The position numbers were made by a program, and so were the translations under genes. Shown here piece by piece: positions 43,964 to 54,542 of a stretch of DNA of 64,000 nucleotides (its first letter is position 1; every line of letters begins with the position of its first letter). The notes beneath the pieces were generated by a model, which did no database searches, was not told the DNA's origin, and saw only the letters and a program-made list of their open reading frames with translations. Origin of the DNA: Clostridiales bacterium (GTDB lineage: Bacteria; Bacillota; Clostridia; Christensenellales; Borkfalkiaceae); assembly GCA_015069425.1 (NCBI GenBank), contig SVIP01000002.1:102048-166047 (forward strand). Reading direction: 5' to 3'.

Positions 43964-46132
43964 TTAGTTTTTGTAATAGTTAATCAAACAACCTTTTAAA
44001 ATTATTTGCTTTTCCGCATCGGTTAAAGCGTCCATTTTAAGGGTAATTTCACGTGTTTTTGCACCAATAACTTTCGCTTTGAATTCTTTCGCACCACTCT
44101 CTATTCCCTCTTTAACCTTTTCAATATAGATATAATCGCCTATTTCAAAATCGTTTTTATCTGCTAGTAACGGTAGCATACCCCAGTTAATGAGATTACT
44201 TCTGTAACGCTTAGTTGCGTACTCTTTAGCCACGTTAGCAACACCGCCAAGCACTCTTTGACAAGACGCTGCTTGTTCCCTTGCCGAGCCGTCGCCTGGC
44301 TTAATTGAGCAAACCACACTTCCGTAAGTAGTATTGTTTTCATCAAATCCAAGTTCGCTTGGGAAAGCACCGTCACGAACGGCTTTTGCTCTACCAACGT
44401 ATTCAGGGTCTTTCCTTGAAAGAGCAAACTCTGCAAGCTTTAAGGGGTTTGAACGATAAGACGAAGTTTCTCCTGACGGAATAAGTTCGTCAGTGGTCGT
44501 AACAGCATCGTTCAGTACGGAAACAACCTTTAAGAGTAGATTATCCTTAAGTGGTTGCATTTTTGGCCAATCGGCAATATTCGGTCCGTAAACAAGTTCG
44601 CTTGATTTGTTGCCGTTCTTAACCGCATTAAATACTCTCGCTTGATATATTTTATTGTTGAAACGGTATTTTTTGATCTTGTTTGAATATTCCATATCCA
44701 TAGCCGAAGTTATCGCACCACCGTTTTTAGCAGTTGCCGCAATACTTCTTGCATCCATAAGTGCAACGGCTGAAAGTTGACCATTTGCAGGTTTACTTCC
44801 CTCTCTAGATTCAAAGTTCCTTGTCGTGTGACGAATAGACAAACCATTGTTTTGTGGAACGTCGCCCGCACCAAAGCAAGGACCGCAGAAAGCCGTTTTA
44901 ATAACCGCACCATTTTCCATTAATTTGCCGATATAACCGCCCTCTACTAAGCCTTTATATACAGGTTGACTTGAGGGATAAACGTCTAAAGTAAAATCAT
45001 TGTTGTTTATAGGTGTGTCGGCTAAAATTTCGCTAGCCTCGGCAATGTTTTCATACATACCGCCAGCGCATCCAGCAATAACGCCTTGTTCAACGTAAAC
45101 CTTTCCGTCTTTGATTTTATCGGTAAGTTTAAATTCGCCCTTGCCTGCTGGTAAAAGTTTTTGACCTGCCTCTTCAGCCTCTTTTAAAAGTTCATAAGGA
45201 CGAGACAAGAAGTCTCTAATAGTGTACGCATTTGAGGGGTGGAAAGGAAGTGCTATCATAGGCTCAACTTTAGAAAGGTCAATCACTATGCCCCTATCGT
45301 AATATGCACCGTTTTCGGGATTTAACTCTTTGTAAGCATCTGCTCTGCCGTGATCAACATAGTATTTTCTCGTCTTTTCATCAGTAACCCAAACCGAAGA
45401 TAAGCAAGTAGTTTCGGTAGTCATAACGTCAATTCCATTTCTAAAATCCATAGAAAGAGTTTTAATGCCATTGCCAACAAACTCTAAAATTCTGTTCTTA
45501 ACAAAGCCGTTCTTAAAGGTTGCTTTAACGAGTGCAAGCGCAACGTCGTGAGGGCCGACACCCTTTCTTAATCTGCCCTTAAGGTTTACCGCAACTATTT
45601 CAGGCATATCGACGTCGTAAGTTCTATTAAGCAACTGTTTAACAAGTTCAGGACCGCCCTCGCCTACGGCAACAGTTCCCAATGCACCGTAACGAGTATG
45701 ACTATCCGAACCCAAAATCATTGCTCCAGAAAAAGCGCGCATTTCACGCATATATTGGTGAATTACTGCTAAGTGCGGAGGAACAAACGCCCCACCATAC
45801 TTTTTAGCAGCGGAAAGCCCGAAAACGTGGTCGTCTTCATTTATAGTTCCACCAACCGCACAAAGTGAGTTGTGGCAGTTAGTTAAAGTATAAGGGATTG
45901 GAAATTCCGTAAGTCCGCTTGCCTTTGCCGTTTGAATAATACCAACGTAGGTAATATCGTGCGAAGTAATTTCATCGAACTTGATATTGAGTTTTTGGTC
46001 ATTATTAGAAAAGTTATGTGCGGACAAAATTTTATAAGCAATAGTGCCTTTTTTTGCCTTGTCGTCCACGTTCTTTGCTCTAACGAGTTTACCGTCTTTA
46101 AAATATACGCCTTTTTCAATAAGTTTAATCAT
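43964..46132 (-). CDS. Aconitase-family hydratase (putative aconitate hydratase), catalytic and swivel domains fused
   Basis: [12 protein letters not shown] and CGPCFG Fe-S ligand regions, plus a swivel-domain [10 protein letters not shown]. Start placed at MIKLIEKG with RBS GGAGA. Confidence 0.7.
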   Translation of the reverse strand: MIKLIEKGVYFKDGKLVRAKNVDDKAKKGTIAYKILSAHNFSNNDQKLNIKFDEITSHDITYVGIIQTAKASGLTEFPIPYTLTNCHNSLCAVGGTINEDDHVFGLSAAKKYGGAFVPPHLAVIHQYMREMRAFSGAMILGSDSHTRYGALGTVAVGEGGPELVKQLLNRTYDVDMPEIVAVNLKGRLRKGVGPHDVALALVKATFKNGFVKNRILEFVGNGIKTLSMDFRNGIDVMTTETTCLSSVWVTDEKTRKYYVDHGRADAYKELNPENGAYYDRGIVIDLSKVEPMIALPFHPSNAYTIRDFLSRPYELLKEAEEAGQKLLPAGKGEFKLTDKIKDGKVYVEQGVIAGCAGGMYENIAEASEILADTPINNNDFTLDVYPSSQPVYKGLVEGGYIGKLMENGAVIKTAFCGPCFGAGDVPQNNGLSIRHTTRNFESREGSKPANGQLSAVALMDARSIAATAKNGGAITSAMDMEYSNKIKKYRFNNKIYQARVFNAVKNGNKSSELVYGPNIADWPKMQPLKDNLLLKVVSVLNDAVTTTDELIPSGETSSYRSNPLKLAEFALSRKDPEYVGRAKAVRDGAFPSELGFDENNTTYGSVVCSIKPGDGSAREQAASCQRVLGGVANVAKEYATKRYRSNLINWGMLPLLADKNDFEIGDYIYIEKVKEGIESGAKEFKAKVIGAKTREITLKMDALTDAEKQIILKGCLINYYKN

Positions 46133-46295
46133 AGTTTTCTCCATTAGTTATGAATAGAAATATTATACAACACCAAAAGAATTTTAGCAAGCAAAATAAA
46201 TCCCCAAGTAAAGTCAAAAAAAATTAAAATTCTCCCTTGATTTTTTAATAAAATTGTAATAAAATATATTTAATGAAAGTCTGTATGGAGGACAA

Positions 46296-46754
46296 ATGAA
46301 CAGTTTTAAATTTCGCTATACAAAAAGCGTATGGGTGCTTTTAATAATCGTTCTCATTTTATCGGCTTTAGGCATTGGCTGGAACGTGTTTAATCTTGTA
46401 ACTTTTTTAAATGAAGGCGCGATAAAAATTGTGGCTTATTCTCTAATTATTCTTTTGACGGCATTTTTGTTCGTTTTCGTTCTGAGCGTTATGGCTTGCG
46501 GTAGATATTTAATCAAAGACAATTATTTAATACAAAATTTTGGATTTATTAGCACTAAGACGCCATTAAGCGCCGTGCTTTCTATTATACACTTTAAAAA
46601 AAGCGATAAATTAGTTGTTTATTTTAAGGACGCTAAATACACGGTAATCGTTATCTCTCCAACCGAATATGACGATTTTATAAGTGCGTTAAGAAAACAA
46701 AATCCCTCAATCGCTTTCGATTGTAGGATTGACGGCGAAGATTTGCCCGAATAA
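46296..46754 (+). CDS. Hypothetical membrane protein, two N-terminal TM helices plus bacterial PH-like C-terminal domain (tentative)
   Basis: 152 aa, RBS GGAGGA. Architecture resembles YdbS/YdbT-type proteins. Weak call. Confidence 0.45.
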   Translation: MNSFKFRYTKSVWVLLIIVLILSALGIGWNVFNLVTFLNEGAIKIVAYSLIILLTAFLFVFVLSVMACGRYLIKDNYLIQNFGFISTKTPLSAVLSIIHFKKSDKLVVYFKDAKYTVIVISPTEYDDFISALRKQNPSIAFDCRIDGEDLPE

Positions 46755-46790
46755 TTTTTTATTTAACTGAAAAAATTTTTTCTTAAACGG

Positions 46791-46819
46791 TTGACAATAT
46801 TATTTTATAAGAGTAAACT
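46791..46819 (+). promoter_or_regulatory. Sigma-A promoter of the long mgtE leader (TTGACA, 17 nt, TAAACT)
   Basis: Hexamers at 46791-46796 and 46814-46819. I found no other good promoter between here and the M-box. Confidence 0.55.
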
Positions 46820-46846
46820 GTTTTTATAAATTGTTTAAATATTTTG

Positions 46847-46969
46847 TTTTTAAGTATTAGAAACGAGTTAGGCGAGGCTCGACAAGGCGTGGGGTGAGAT
46901 AGACCGTCTGGTCATCTAAATCCACGACGCAGTCAGTAAACGATGCATAACGAAGTTCATAACACATTA
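46847..46969 (+). repeat. Structured intergenic element, copy D1 (in mgtE leader)
   Basis: 127-nt tandem period with D2, about five substitutions between them. Core hairpin CGTGG...AGATAGACC-GTCT-GGTCATCT...CCACG. The 3' arm is degenerate. Confidence 0.7.
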
Positions 46970-46973
46970 TATA

Positions 46974-47099
46974 TTTTTAAGTGTTAGAAACGAGTTAGGC
47001 AAGGCTCGACAAGGCGTGGGGCGAGATAGACCGTCTGGTCATCTAAATCCACGACGCAGTCAGTAAACGATGCATAACGAAGTTTATAACACTTAAAAA
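46974..47099 (+). repeat. Structured intergenic element, copy D2 (in mgtE leader, intact closing helix)
   Basis: TTTTTAAGTGTTAGAAAC (46974-46991) pairs with GTTTATAACACTTAAAAA (47082-47099), 17/18. Shares TTAGAAACGAG, CAAGGCGTG, ACGCAG and GAAGTTTATAA blocks with copies B and C; copy A keeps diverged versions of these blocks (e.g. TTAGATGCGAG, CAAGGCACG, ACACAG). Confidence 0.7.
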
Positions 47100-47265
47100 A
47101 AGACCGGTAGGTAAGGCTACCTTAGGGATACGGACTGCTGCCGCAAAATAGTGGAGACACTATGAGATGGTTGAACAGACCACGTCGAAAACAAGGCGTG
47201 ATTTAATGCAGTTTCACTGCCCTACGGTGCTAAAGCCAGAATGGTTGCCCGAGATTTCGGTGTAG
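47100..47265 (+). promoter_or_regulatory. M-box (ykoK-type) Mg2+ riboswitch aptamer
   Basis: GGTAGGTAAGGCT, GCTGCTGCC, ATGGTTGAACAG, AAGGCGTGATTTAATGCAG and GTGCTAAAGCC blocks in canonical order. P1 is ACCG/CGGT. Lies directly upstream of mgtE. Confidence 0.85.
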
Positions 47266-47270
47266 TTTTT

Positions 47271-47304
47271 CCTGCCACGTTTAGTGCAGGATTTTTTATT
47301 TTTC
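47271..47304 (+). terminator. Riboswitch expression-platform terminator
   Basis: CCTGC-N10-GCAGG followed by ATTTTTTATTTTT. The stem is short, so confidence is moderate. Confidence 0.5.
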
Positions 47305-47315
47305 AGGAGGTGCTT

Positions 47316-48689
47316 ATGGATAGAGATTTACAGACGGTTTTTGAAAAACTCTCTTTTTGTTTTGAAACACGTAAGTTTGCAGATTTAAGAATTGTTTTGC
47401 TCGATTTAGAGCCAGCGGATATTGCACAATTTATGGAAAACAATCTTAATGAAAAAGAGCAACTTATGTTTTTTAGACTTCTGCCAAAAGAACTTGCCAG
47501 TGACGTATTTATTGAAACGGACACCGATACTCAAGAACGCTTTATTAAAGCGTTTACCGATAAAGAACTTAAAGCGGTTATAGACGATATGTTTCTTGAC
47601 GACACGGTCGATATTATTGAAGAAATGCCGGCAAACGTGGTTAAGAGAATTTTGAAAAACTCCGACCCTGAAAACCGCAAACAAATAAACGAGCTCTTAG
47701 TTTACCCTGATGATTCTGCGGGTTCTATTATGACCACCGAATACGTTTCTCTCTCCGCAACAATGTCAGTAGAGAGTGCGTTTGAAAGAATTAGGCGAAC
47801 GGGAGTTAATAAGGAAACCATATATACTTGTTACGTTACGGATAGAAAAAAGCGTCTTTTAGGAGTTGTTACGGTTAGGGATTTATTGCTTGCAGATAAA
47901 AGCGAACTAATTGCCGATATTATGGACTCAAACGTAATTACCCTTAACACCTTAGAAGATAAAGAACAAGTTGCACTAAAGTTTTCAAAATATGACTTTA
48001 TCGCAATGCCTGTTATCGACAAAGAGGGTTGTTTGGTTGGTATAGTAACAATCGACGACGCTGTCGACGTTATCCAAGAAGAGGCAACCGAAGATATTCA
48101 AAAGATGGCTGCTATGCTCCCAACCGAAAAGCCTTACTTAAAGCAATCTATTTGGAGCATTTGGAAAGCCAGAGTGCCGTGGCTACTTCTACTTATGATT
48201 TCCGCAACCTTTACAAGTATGATACTTTCTCATTACGAAAATAGTCTTGCACTGGTTGCAAACGGTGTGCTTTACGCTTTCGTGCCTATGCTCATGGGTA
48301 CGGCAGGTAATGCGGGAAACCAAACCTCAGTTACGGTAATTCGTGCTTTAGCACTTGGCGAAGTGGAATTTAGAAACGTGTTAAAGGTTATATTTAAAGA
48401 ACTCGGTGCGTCTTTCGTGCTAGGTTTAACCGTTTCTATCGCTTGCTTTTTAAAACTTTGGCTAATTGACAGCCTTTACAATAAAGTAACCATTGAAGTG
48501 GCGTTTATAGTTTCAATAGTATTGCTTTTAGCAATAATGATGGCAAAATTGGTCGGTTGTATTCTTCCACTTATCGCAAAAAAATGTAAACTTGACCCAG
48601 CGGTTGTTGCAAGCCCATTCATGACAACTATCGTCGACGTGTTAACTCTTGTAATTTACTGTGTAATTTCAATTGCAATCTTAGGATAA
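47316..48689 (+). CDS. mgtE: Magnesium transporter MgtE
   Basis: Starts MDRDLQTVFEKL with RBS AGGAGG. N-domain, tandem CBS domains, and a TM domain with GNAGNQ and PFMTTIVD motifs. The ORF-track start at 47241 lies in the riboswitch. Confidence 0.95.
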   Translation: MDRDLQTVFEKLSFCFETRKFADLRIVLLDLEPADIAQFMENNLNEKEQLMFFRLLPKELASDVFIETDTDTQERFIKAFTDKELKAVIDDMFLDDTVDIIEEMPANVVKRILKNSDPENRKQINELLVYPDDSAGSIMTTEYVSLSATMSVESAFERIRRTGVNKETIYTCYVTDRKKRLLGVVTVRDLLLADKSELIADIMDSNVITLNTLEDKEQVALKFSKYDFIAMPVIDKEGCLVGIVTIDDAVDVIQEEATEDIQKMAAMLPTEKPYLKQSIWSIWKARVPWLLLLMISATFTSMILSHYENSLALVANGVLYAFVPMLMGTAGNAGNQTSVTVIRALALGEVEFRNVLKVIFKELGASFVLGLTVSIACFLKLWLIDSLYNKVTIEVAFIVSIVLLLAIMMAKLVGCILPLIAKKCKLDPAVVASPFMTTIVDVLTLVIYCVISIAILG

Positions 48690-48703
48690 AACTTTTTATA
48701 ACA

Positions 48704-48742
48704 CAAAAGGCTAACGAAAATTTTTCGTTAGCCTTTTTTGTG
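48704..48742. terminator. Bidirectional intrinsic terminator (mgtE / Ca2+-ATPase)
   Basis: AAAAGGCTAACGAAAAA / TTTTTCGTTAGCCTTTT perfect inverted repeat with a T-run. Confidence 0.8.
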
Positions 48743-48751
48743 TTTTATCTT

Positions 48752-51433
48752 TTATTTGTGGCTATGTGATTTAATAAAGCCGACGGCTTTTGCAATTTCC
48801 ATAACGATAATGGGAAGAATTGAAAGCCCAAGTCCAACCAAATATAACCACCAATCTAACATCATCATTCCGAACACAGTTACAACGCCTGGAGTAAAGA
48901 GAACGAACGCAGTAAGCACGGTGCAAACTAAAAGTGATAAATTCATAGTCTTATTTGAGAAGAAACCTATCTTAAAGAGTGAATGCGAACTTCTCATATT
49001 GAGTGCTTGAACAAGTTGACTCATTGCTAAGACCATAAACGCCATTGTACTACCTGCCGTGTGGTTTAACGCACCCGATGCATTTTTCATAATAAACGCA
49101 CCGAAAACATAGCCTGCTAAAGTCGTAAGAGTAAGAAGCACGCCGTTTAGCCCGATTTTAATGCCCAAGCCGTGTGCAAATAAACTTTCGTTTTTAGACT
49201 TTGGTTTGTGATACATTATATCGCTTTCAACACCCTCCATACCGAGTGCAACGGCAGGGAGTGAGTCGGTAACAAGGTTTATCCACAATAACTGAATAGG
49301 AATAAATGGGTTGCCTAGCCCTGCAATAGAGCCTAAAACTACGGTAGAAAGGAAAACGACCAAAACTTCTGCAAGGTTTGTAGAAAGTAAAAATCCTACT
49401 ACCTTTCTAATATTTTCAAATATACCTCTACCCTCTTTAACCGCCTCAACAATAGTTGCAAAGTTATCGTCGGTAAGCGTCATATCCGCAGCGCCCTTAG
49501 CAACGTCCGTTCCAGTTATGCCCATTGCACAACCTATATCCGCTGCTTTTAATGCCGGTGCATCGTTTACACCGTCGCCAGTCATTGAAACTACTTGACC
49601 TTTCTTCTGCCAAGCCTTAACAATTCTTATCTTGTTTTCGGGAGAAACACGTGCGTAAACGGAAATGTTTACAACTTCTCTGTCCAACTCTTCATCACTC
49701 ATTTGGTCGAGTTCTAAGCCAGTAATTGCCTTATCCCCATCTACGAAAATGCCGAGTTCTTTTGCTATGGCTGTTGCGGTAATAATATGGTCGCCCGTAA
49801 TCATAACAGGCTTTATGCCTGCCTGACGGCAAGTTGCAACCGCTACTTTACACTCAGGTCTTGGTGGGTCAATCATTCCCACAAGCCCTATAAACGTTAG
49901 TCCGTTTTCCAATTCTTCAAACGAAGGATTTTCGGGTATTTTATCTAATTCTTTATACGCAATCGCTAAAACACGGAGGGCGTTAGAACTCATTTGGTCA
50001 CAAGCCTTTCTTGCCTTTTCCACGTCTCCTTTAACCGTTCTATTCGCAATAACGTCAAACGCACCCTTAACTATTGCAATCGGTTTGCCGTTTACAAGGT
50101 TTACCGTTGTCATAAGTTTTCTATCCGAGTCAAAGGGAAGTTCCCCAACTCTTGGACTTTCTAAGTTAAGTTGGTCTTGAACCCCACCCGCTTTGTGCGA
50201 AGCAAGAACGATTGCCGTTTCGGTTGGGTCACCGATATGTTTTTCCGCACCGTCTTCAAAAACCACCTTGCCGTCCGAACAAAGACTGCCGTAGCAAAGC
50301 ATTTTATAAGTGTCGCCATCTGCAACCCCGTTAAAGTCAACAATTTCGCCACCGTCAACGTAAGTTTTAACAAGTGTCATTCTGTTTTGAGTTAGAGTTC
50401 CCGTTTTATCCGAGCAAATTACAGATGCACTGCCGAGCGTTTCAACGGCAGGGAGTCTTCTAATTATAGCGTTTCGTTTAACCATTCTCTGCACACCGAT
50501 AGATAAAACGATTGTAACAACCGCAGGTAATCCTTCTGGTATTGCAGAAACTGCCAAAGAAATTGCCGACATAAATGCGTTTATTATGTTAGTGAAATTA
50601 AATCCGTCTCTGATTATTTGCACTAAAAACATTACAAAGCAGATACTCAAAACTAAAAAGCCGAGCATGCTTCCAAGTTTTGCAAGTTTTTCTTGGAGCG
50701 GAGTTTTGGTTTCTTCCTCGTTTGCAAGTATGCCCGCAATCTTACCCATTTCAGTTGCCATTCCCGTTGCGGTAACAACTGCAATAGCCGTTCCGTAAGT
50801 TATCGAACAGCCCGAGAAAACCATATTGGTCCTATCCCCTATAGGAGCGTTTTCCTTTACCATAACGTCTGCGAACTTTTCAGATGGAACGGATTCACCC
50901 GTGAGTGCTGATTCTTCTGATTTTAAGTTTACGCTCTTTATCAGTCTTGCATCGGCTGGAACAAAGTCGCCCGCCTCAAGTTTAATTATGTCGCCTGGAA
51001 CAAGTTCTGATGACATAATAATCTTTTCCACGCCATCTCGAATTACCCTTGCGTGCGGTGCGGACATATTTTTTAGTGCATCAAGCGCCTTTTCCGCCTT
51101 GCTTTCTTGCGCAACGCCCATTATAGCGTTGATTAATACGATTGCAAGAATTAAGAAAGGTTCTATCATTTCAATAATGTCAAAGCCGTGCGTTACTCCG
51201 TCATAGATAGCAACGCCAAGCGAAATTGCCGCCGCCACTAAAAGGATTATAATCATTACGTCCTTGAACTGCTCGAAAAAGCGTTGAAGATTAGTCTTTT
51301 TCTTTTTTTCTTCCAACTTGTTTGCACCATACTTTGTTTGACGCTCAATAACTTCTTCTTGACTCAACCCCTTGTTAAGGTCAGTATTAAGCGTTTTTAG
51401 TACTTCGGCAGTATCTGTTGAATGTGCTTTCAT
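48752..51433 (-). CDS. P-type Ca2+-transporting ATPase (P2 type)
   Basis: 893 aa with [15 protein letters not shown] and [11 protein letters not shown] motifs and 10-TM topology. Confidence 0.9.
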   Translation of the reverse strand: MKAHSTDTAEVLKTLNTDLNKGLSQEEVIERQTKYGANKLEEKKKKTNLQRFFEQFKDVMIIILLVAAAISLGVAIYDGVTHGFDIIEMIEPFLILAIVLINAIMGVAQESKAEKALDALKNMSAPHARVIRDGVEKIIMSSELVPGDIIKLEAGDFVPADARLIKSVNLKSEESALTGESVPSEKFADVMVKENAPIGDRTNMVFSGCSITYGTAIAVVTATGMATEMGKIAGILANEEETKTPLQEKLAKLGSMLGFLVLSICFVMFLVQIIRDGFNFTNIINAFMSAISLAVSAIPEGLPAVVTIVLSIGVQRMVKRNAIIRRLPAVETLGSASVICSDKTGTLTQNRMTLVKTYVDGGEIVDFNGVADGDTYKMLCYGSLCSDGKVVFEDGAEKHIGDPTETAIVLASHKAGGVQDQLNLESPRVGELPFDSDRKLMTTVNLVNGKPIAIVKGAFDVIANRTVKGDVEKARKACDQMSSNALRVLAIAYKELDKIPENPSFEELENGLTFIGLVGMIDPPRPECKVAVATCRQAGIKPVMITGDHIITATAIAKELGIFVDGDKAITGLELDQMSDEELDREVVNISVYARVSPENKIRIVKAWQKKGQVVSMTGDGVNDAPALKAADIGCAMGITGTDVAKGAADMTLTDDNFATIVEAVKEGRGIFENIRKVVGFLLSTNLAEVLVVFLSTVVLGSIAGLGNPFIPIQLLWINLVTDSLPAVALGMEGVESDIMYHKPKSKNESLFAHGLGIKIGLNGVLLTLTTLAGYVFGAFIMKNASGALNHTAGSTMAFMVLAMSQLVQALNMRSSHSLFKIGFFSNKTMNLSLLVCTVLTAFVLFTPGVVTVFGMMMLDWWLYLVGLGLSILPIIVMEIAKAVGFIKSHSHK

Positions 51434-51451
51434 TTAGTTCTCCTTTTATTC

Positions 51452-51480
51452 ATTATATAAATATACCCAAAGTAAGACAA
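51452..51480 (-). promoter_or_regulatory. Sigma-A promoter (TTGTCT, 17 nt, TATAAT) of the Ca2+-ATPase
   Basis: Minus-strand hexamers at 51480-51475 and 51457-51452. Confidence 0.55.
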
Positions 51481-51570
51481 AAAATACTTTGGATAAATCT
51501 CTTATTTTTTACCCACGCACGCTCTAATTTCAATAATAATCAACTAGATAATGTGACAGAGCATTTTTTA

Positions 51571-52092
51571 TTAAAATTTTGGCAATAAATTTAGGGCATT
51601 ACAAATTGCTAGTGCAAACTTCATTGCCGATTTTGGTCCGTTTGCGGTAATAACGTTATCGAAAACCTCAACGTCGCTACCCGTATAACATTCACCAAGC
51701 ATATCAACAAATAAAGGTGCAGGATAGCAAGTTGCTCTTTTCCCTTCTAACACACCGCTACTTTTAAGGACTACGGCTGGGGAAGCGCAAATAGATGCAA
51801 TCAACTTGCCCTCTTTATCCATTTTTTTAAGAGCAAGCATAACCTTTTCTTCATTTGCAATATTAGTTGCCCCCGGCATTCCGCCAGGGATTACTATTGC
51901 ATCGTAACTACTTAAATCAACTTCGTTTATAACGCTATCGGCAGTAATTAACACTTGGTGTGAGCATTTAACCGTCTTATCGGAAACGGAGATTAAGTCG
52001 GCTTTTGCCTCAGTTCTCCTTAAAACGTCAAGCGGTGTTAAAACTTCTATTTCTTCACTGCCGTTTGCAATTAAAACCGCAATCTTTTTCAT
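51571..52092 (-). CDS. DJ-1/PfpI/ThiJ-family protein
   Basis: 173 aa with a nucleophile-elbow Cys in IASICASP. Confidence 0.8.
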   Translation of the reverse strand: MKKIAVLIANGSEEIEVLTPLDVLRRTEAKADLISVSDKTVKCSHQVLITADSVINEVDLSSYDAIVIPGGMPGATNIANEEKVMLALKKMDKEGKLIASICASPAVVLKSSGVLEGKRATCYPAPLFVDMLGECYTGSDVEVFDNVITANGPKSAMKFALAICNALNLLPKF

Positions 52093-52781
52093 TATGAATT
52101 CCTTTGAATAAACTTAATAATAGGAGTTGTATCGTCCTCTAATGAGTGTGGGTGGTGCTTGCAACCGTTTTTAACGTAGTATTCTAGTTCAATGCCCTTT
52201 TCTTTGCAATAATCAATAACTTTTTGACCGTTTACGGGAAGCGGAACGACGTCGTCCGCATCACCAGCCACTAAGAGCATAGGAATTTTATGCGCAAAAA
52301 ATTCTGCTAAATTGTCCACTGGATTGTCGTTAAAAGTTAAAAGCGTTTGTTCGTCTAGGTTATAACTATCAAGCATTTCGCCAAATTCTTTAGGCCAAAT
52401 ATTTTTTCTAGGCCAAGTCTTTAAATCCAAAACTGGTGCATCTAAATATATGCTCTTCACCGTTTCGGGGTGTGAAATTGCATAGTTAAATGCGTATAGT
52501 CCACCACGGCTAAAACCGAATAAATGGCATTTTTCATTAAGAGAGAACTCTTTTATTATATGCAAATAAAACTGATGCATTAATCTAACCGACTTATAAC
52601 AGCCATACATATCGCTGATTTTATAATATACTCTCGTATAACCTAATTTTAATAGGTCAACTTCGGCTTTATCAAACGCTGTGAAAAATTCAGTTTTCCA
52701 AAGCCATTCACCGTTTGGATTTTCCGGTCTAACAACGGTTACTTCTCCGCCGTTAAAAGTATAGTTAAAAGTTTGTTCCAT
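52092..52781 (-). CDS. Alpha/beta-fold hydrolase
   Basis: 229 aa with GFSRGG (GxSxG) and distal Asp/His candidates. Confidence 0.65.
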   Translation of the reverse strand: MEQTFNYTFNGGEVTVVRPENPNGEWLWKTEFFTAFDKAEVDLLKLGYTRVYYKISDMYGCYKSVRLMHQFYLHIIKEFSLNEKCHLFGFSRGGLYAFNYAISHPETVKSIYLDAPVLDLKTWPRKNIWPKEFGEMLDSYNLDEQTLLTFNDNPVDNLAEFFAHKIPMLLVAGDADDVVPLPVNGQKVIDYCKEKGIELEYYVKNGCKHHPHSLEDDTTPIIKFIQRNS

Positions 52782-52795
52782 TTTTTATCTCCTTA

Positions 52796-53596
52796 TTAAT
52801 CTTGAAACGTATATTTATAAAGCGAGGATTTTGAAACTCCTCTTTCTTTCGCAACTTGTTTTAATGCCTCTTTTTTGTCCATACCCTGACTTATATATAA
52901 ATCAATGTGTTCTTTTTCGGTAAGCATTAGGTTGTCGTTTTGTTTTTTTCCGCCCTCAACGAGCAGAACAAACTCGCCTTTCGGGGTTTGACTTAAACCG
53001 TCTTTTAAGTTAAAACGTTCCACCTTTTCAAAAAGTTTAGTTATCTCTTTGACGGCAACCGCTTTTCTATCCCCTAAGACTTCATAAATGCTCTTTATAT
53101 CCTTTTGCACGTCGTGCGGTGCAGAATAAAAGATAAGGGTTAGGTCTAAATCTTTATATTTTTCTAAAAATTCCTTTCTTTCCCCAGCCTTTTGGGGTAA
53201 AAACCCCAAAAAACAAAATTTAGAACTGTCAAGCCCCGCCAAAACCAATGCGGAAACAAAAGCGCACGCACCAGGAATAACTGTAAATTCTAAGTTCTCT
53301 TCAATGAGCATTTCACTTAAAATATTGCCAGGGTCTGACACTACAGGCATTCCTGCATCGGTTATAACGGCGATATTTTTCCCCACCTTTAATTTTTCTA
53401 TTATCTTTTCACCCGACTCTCGCTCGTTAAATTTATGATAAGAAAACAAGGGCTTTTTTATTTCATAAGCGTTTAAAAGTCCCAAAGAGTGCCTAGTATC
53501 TTCACAAGCAATCTCGTCAACACTTTTAAGCACTTCTAACGCTCTTAAAGAAATATCTTTTAAGTTGCCAATTGGCACTCCAACAAAATAAAGCAT
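52796..53596 (-). CDS. rsmI: 16S rRNA (cytidine1402-2'-O)-methyltransferase
   Basis: 266 aa. LYFVGVPIGNLKDISLRALEVL...CEDTRHS is typical of RsmI. Confidence 0.9.
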   Translation of the reverse strand: MLYFVGVPIGNLKDISLRALEVLKSVDEIACEDTRHSLGLLNAYEIKKPLFSYHKFNERESGEKIIEKLKVGKNIAVITDAGMPVVSDPGNILSEMLIEENLEFTVIPGACAFVSALVLAGLDSSKFCFLGFLPQKAGERKEFLEKYKDLDLTLIFYSAPHDVQKDIKSIYEVLGDRKAVAVKEITKLFEKVERFNLKDGLSQTPKGEFVLLVEGGKKQNDNLMLTEKEHIDLYISQGMDKKEALKQVAKERGVSKSSLYKYTFQD

Positions 53597-53604
53597 TTTC
53601 CCTC

Positions 53605-54270
53605 TTAGTTAATCACGTTCTTTTCTATCTTTATACCACTTTTACCGCCTTTAACCCCCTCGATAAGGAGCAAATACGGCTCTTTATTTCCGCCCGAAAC
53701 TAATTGCAAACGCTTGGGCTCAATGTTGTGTTTTTTAAATTCAAATATAACGTCGGAAAGCCTATCCGCACGATGAACCATATTTATACGCCCACCGAAC
53801 TTTAATGCCTTTGAAATTGATAGCACTAATTCACTTAGCGACAATTTAAGTTCCGTTCTGCACACAGCAATCGCCTCGTTCTCTTCAAAAAAGCCACAGC
53901 CTTTCGCCATGTATGGAGGATTGCACACAATAAGCGAAAACACCCCGTTATATTTAGCGTCTATTTTTTGAACTTCAGTATTGACCGCAAAAAACTTGTC
54001 GGATAAATTATTATGTTCTATGCTTTTAACCGAAAGATCAAAAAGCGGTTTTTGCATTTCAAAAAAAGTAACGCTCTTAATTTTTTCTTTGTTTAACCCG
54101 TAAAGGTTAAACCCGACTACCCCACTGCCCGAACAAAAATCGGCAACCACGTCGTTTGACTTTACTATGCAAAACTTTGAAAGTAAAATGGCGTCCGAGG
54201 TAAAACGATATAATTCGCCGTCTTGAAAAATCTCCAAATTAGACGGCTCTAAAAATTCTTTCTCTAACAT
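53605..54270 (-). CDS. tRNA (adenine-N6)-methyltransferase-like (YabB/TrmN6 type)
   Basis: Starts MLEKEFLEPS. SAM-binding DFCSGSGVVG and NPPY motifs. The ORF-track extension to 54432 overlaps a terminator-like hairpin and the ferredoxin gene. Confidence 0.75.
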   Translation of the reverse strand: MLEKEFLEPSNLEIFQDGELYRFTSDAILLSKFCIVKSNDVVADFCSGSGVVGFNLYGLNKEKIKSVTFFEMQKPLFDLSVKSIEHNNLSDKFFAVNTEVQKIDAKYNGVFSLIVCNPPYMAKGCGFFEENEAIAVCRTELKLSLSELVLSISKALKFGGRINMVHRADRLSDVIFEFKKHNIEPKRLQLVSGGNKEPYLLLIEGVKGGKSGIKIEKNVIN

Positions 54271-54371
54271 TATTATATATATAAATAAATTATATTCTAT
54301 TAAAAGGACGGAGTTTAGTAATAAGGTGCGAAAAACTTGTTTTTCGCACCTTGACAAATTTTTGCTATATC

Positions 54372-54542
54372 TTATTCTTCTGAAATAGCTTCTACAGGGC
54401 AACCTGCTGCACACGCACCGCAACTTACGCAAGCTTCTGCGTCAATAACGAATTGACCTTCGCCTTCGCTGATTGCACCACACGGACAAGTATCTGCACA
54501 TGCACCACATGAAATACATTGATCACTGATCTTATATGCCAT
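54372..54542 (-). CDS. 2x[4Fe-4S] ferredoxin (56 aa)
   Basis: Hand-translated MAYKISDQCISCGACADTCPCGAISEGEGQFVIDAEACVSCGACAAGCPVEAISEE. Two CxxCxxCxxxCP motifs. RBS GGAGG. Below the ORF-track size cutoff. Confidence 0.85.
   Translation of the reverse strand: MAYKISDQCISCGACADTCPCGAISEGEGQFVIDAEACVSCGACAAGCPVEAISEE

Noticed and set aside
46847-47099. Two additional complete M-box aptamers (a triple tandem riboswitch).
   Set aside because: Only the 5' GTTAGGCGAGGCTC, AAGGCGTG and part of the 3' strand resemble an M-box. The GCUGCUGCC and AUGG-UNAACAG cores and the P1 pairing are missing, and each unit is only about 125 nt. It is kept as a finding about M-box-like fragments, not as riboswitch calls.
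47241-47315. N-terminal extension of the mgtE ORF (MVARDFGVVFPATF...).
   Set aside because: It lies within the M-box 3' region and its terminator. A strong RBS (AGGAGG) precedes the ATG at 47316.
54271-54432. N-terminal extension of the methyltransferase ORF.
   Set aside because: It runs through a hairpin and overlaps the ferredoxin coding sequence in another frame. The conserved protein begins at MLEKEFLEPS (54270).
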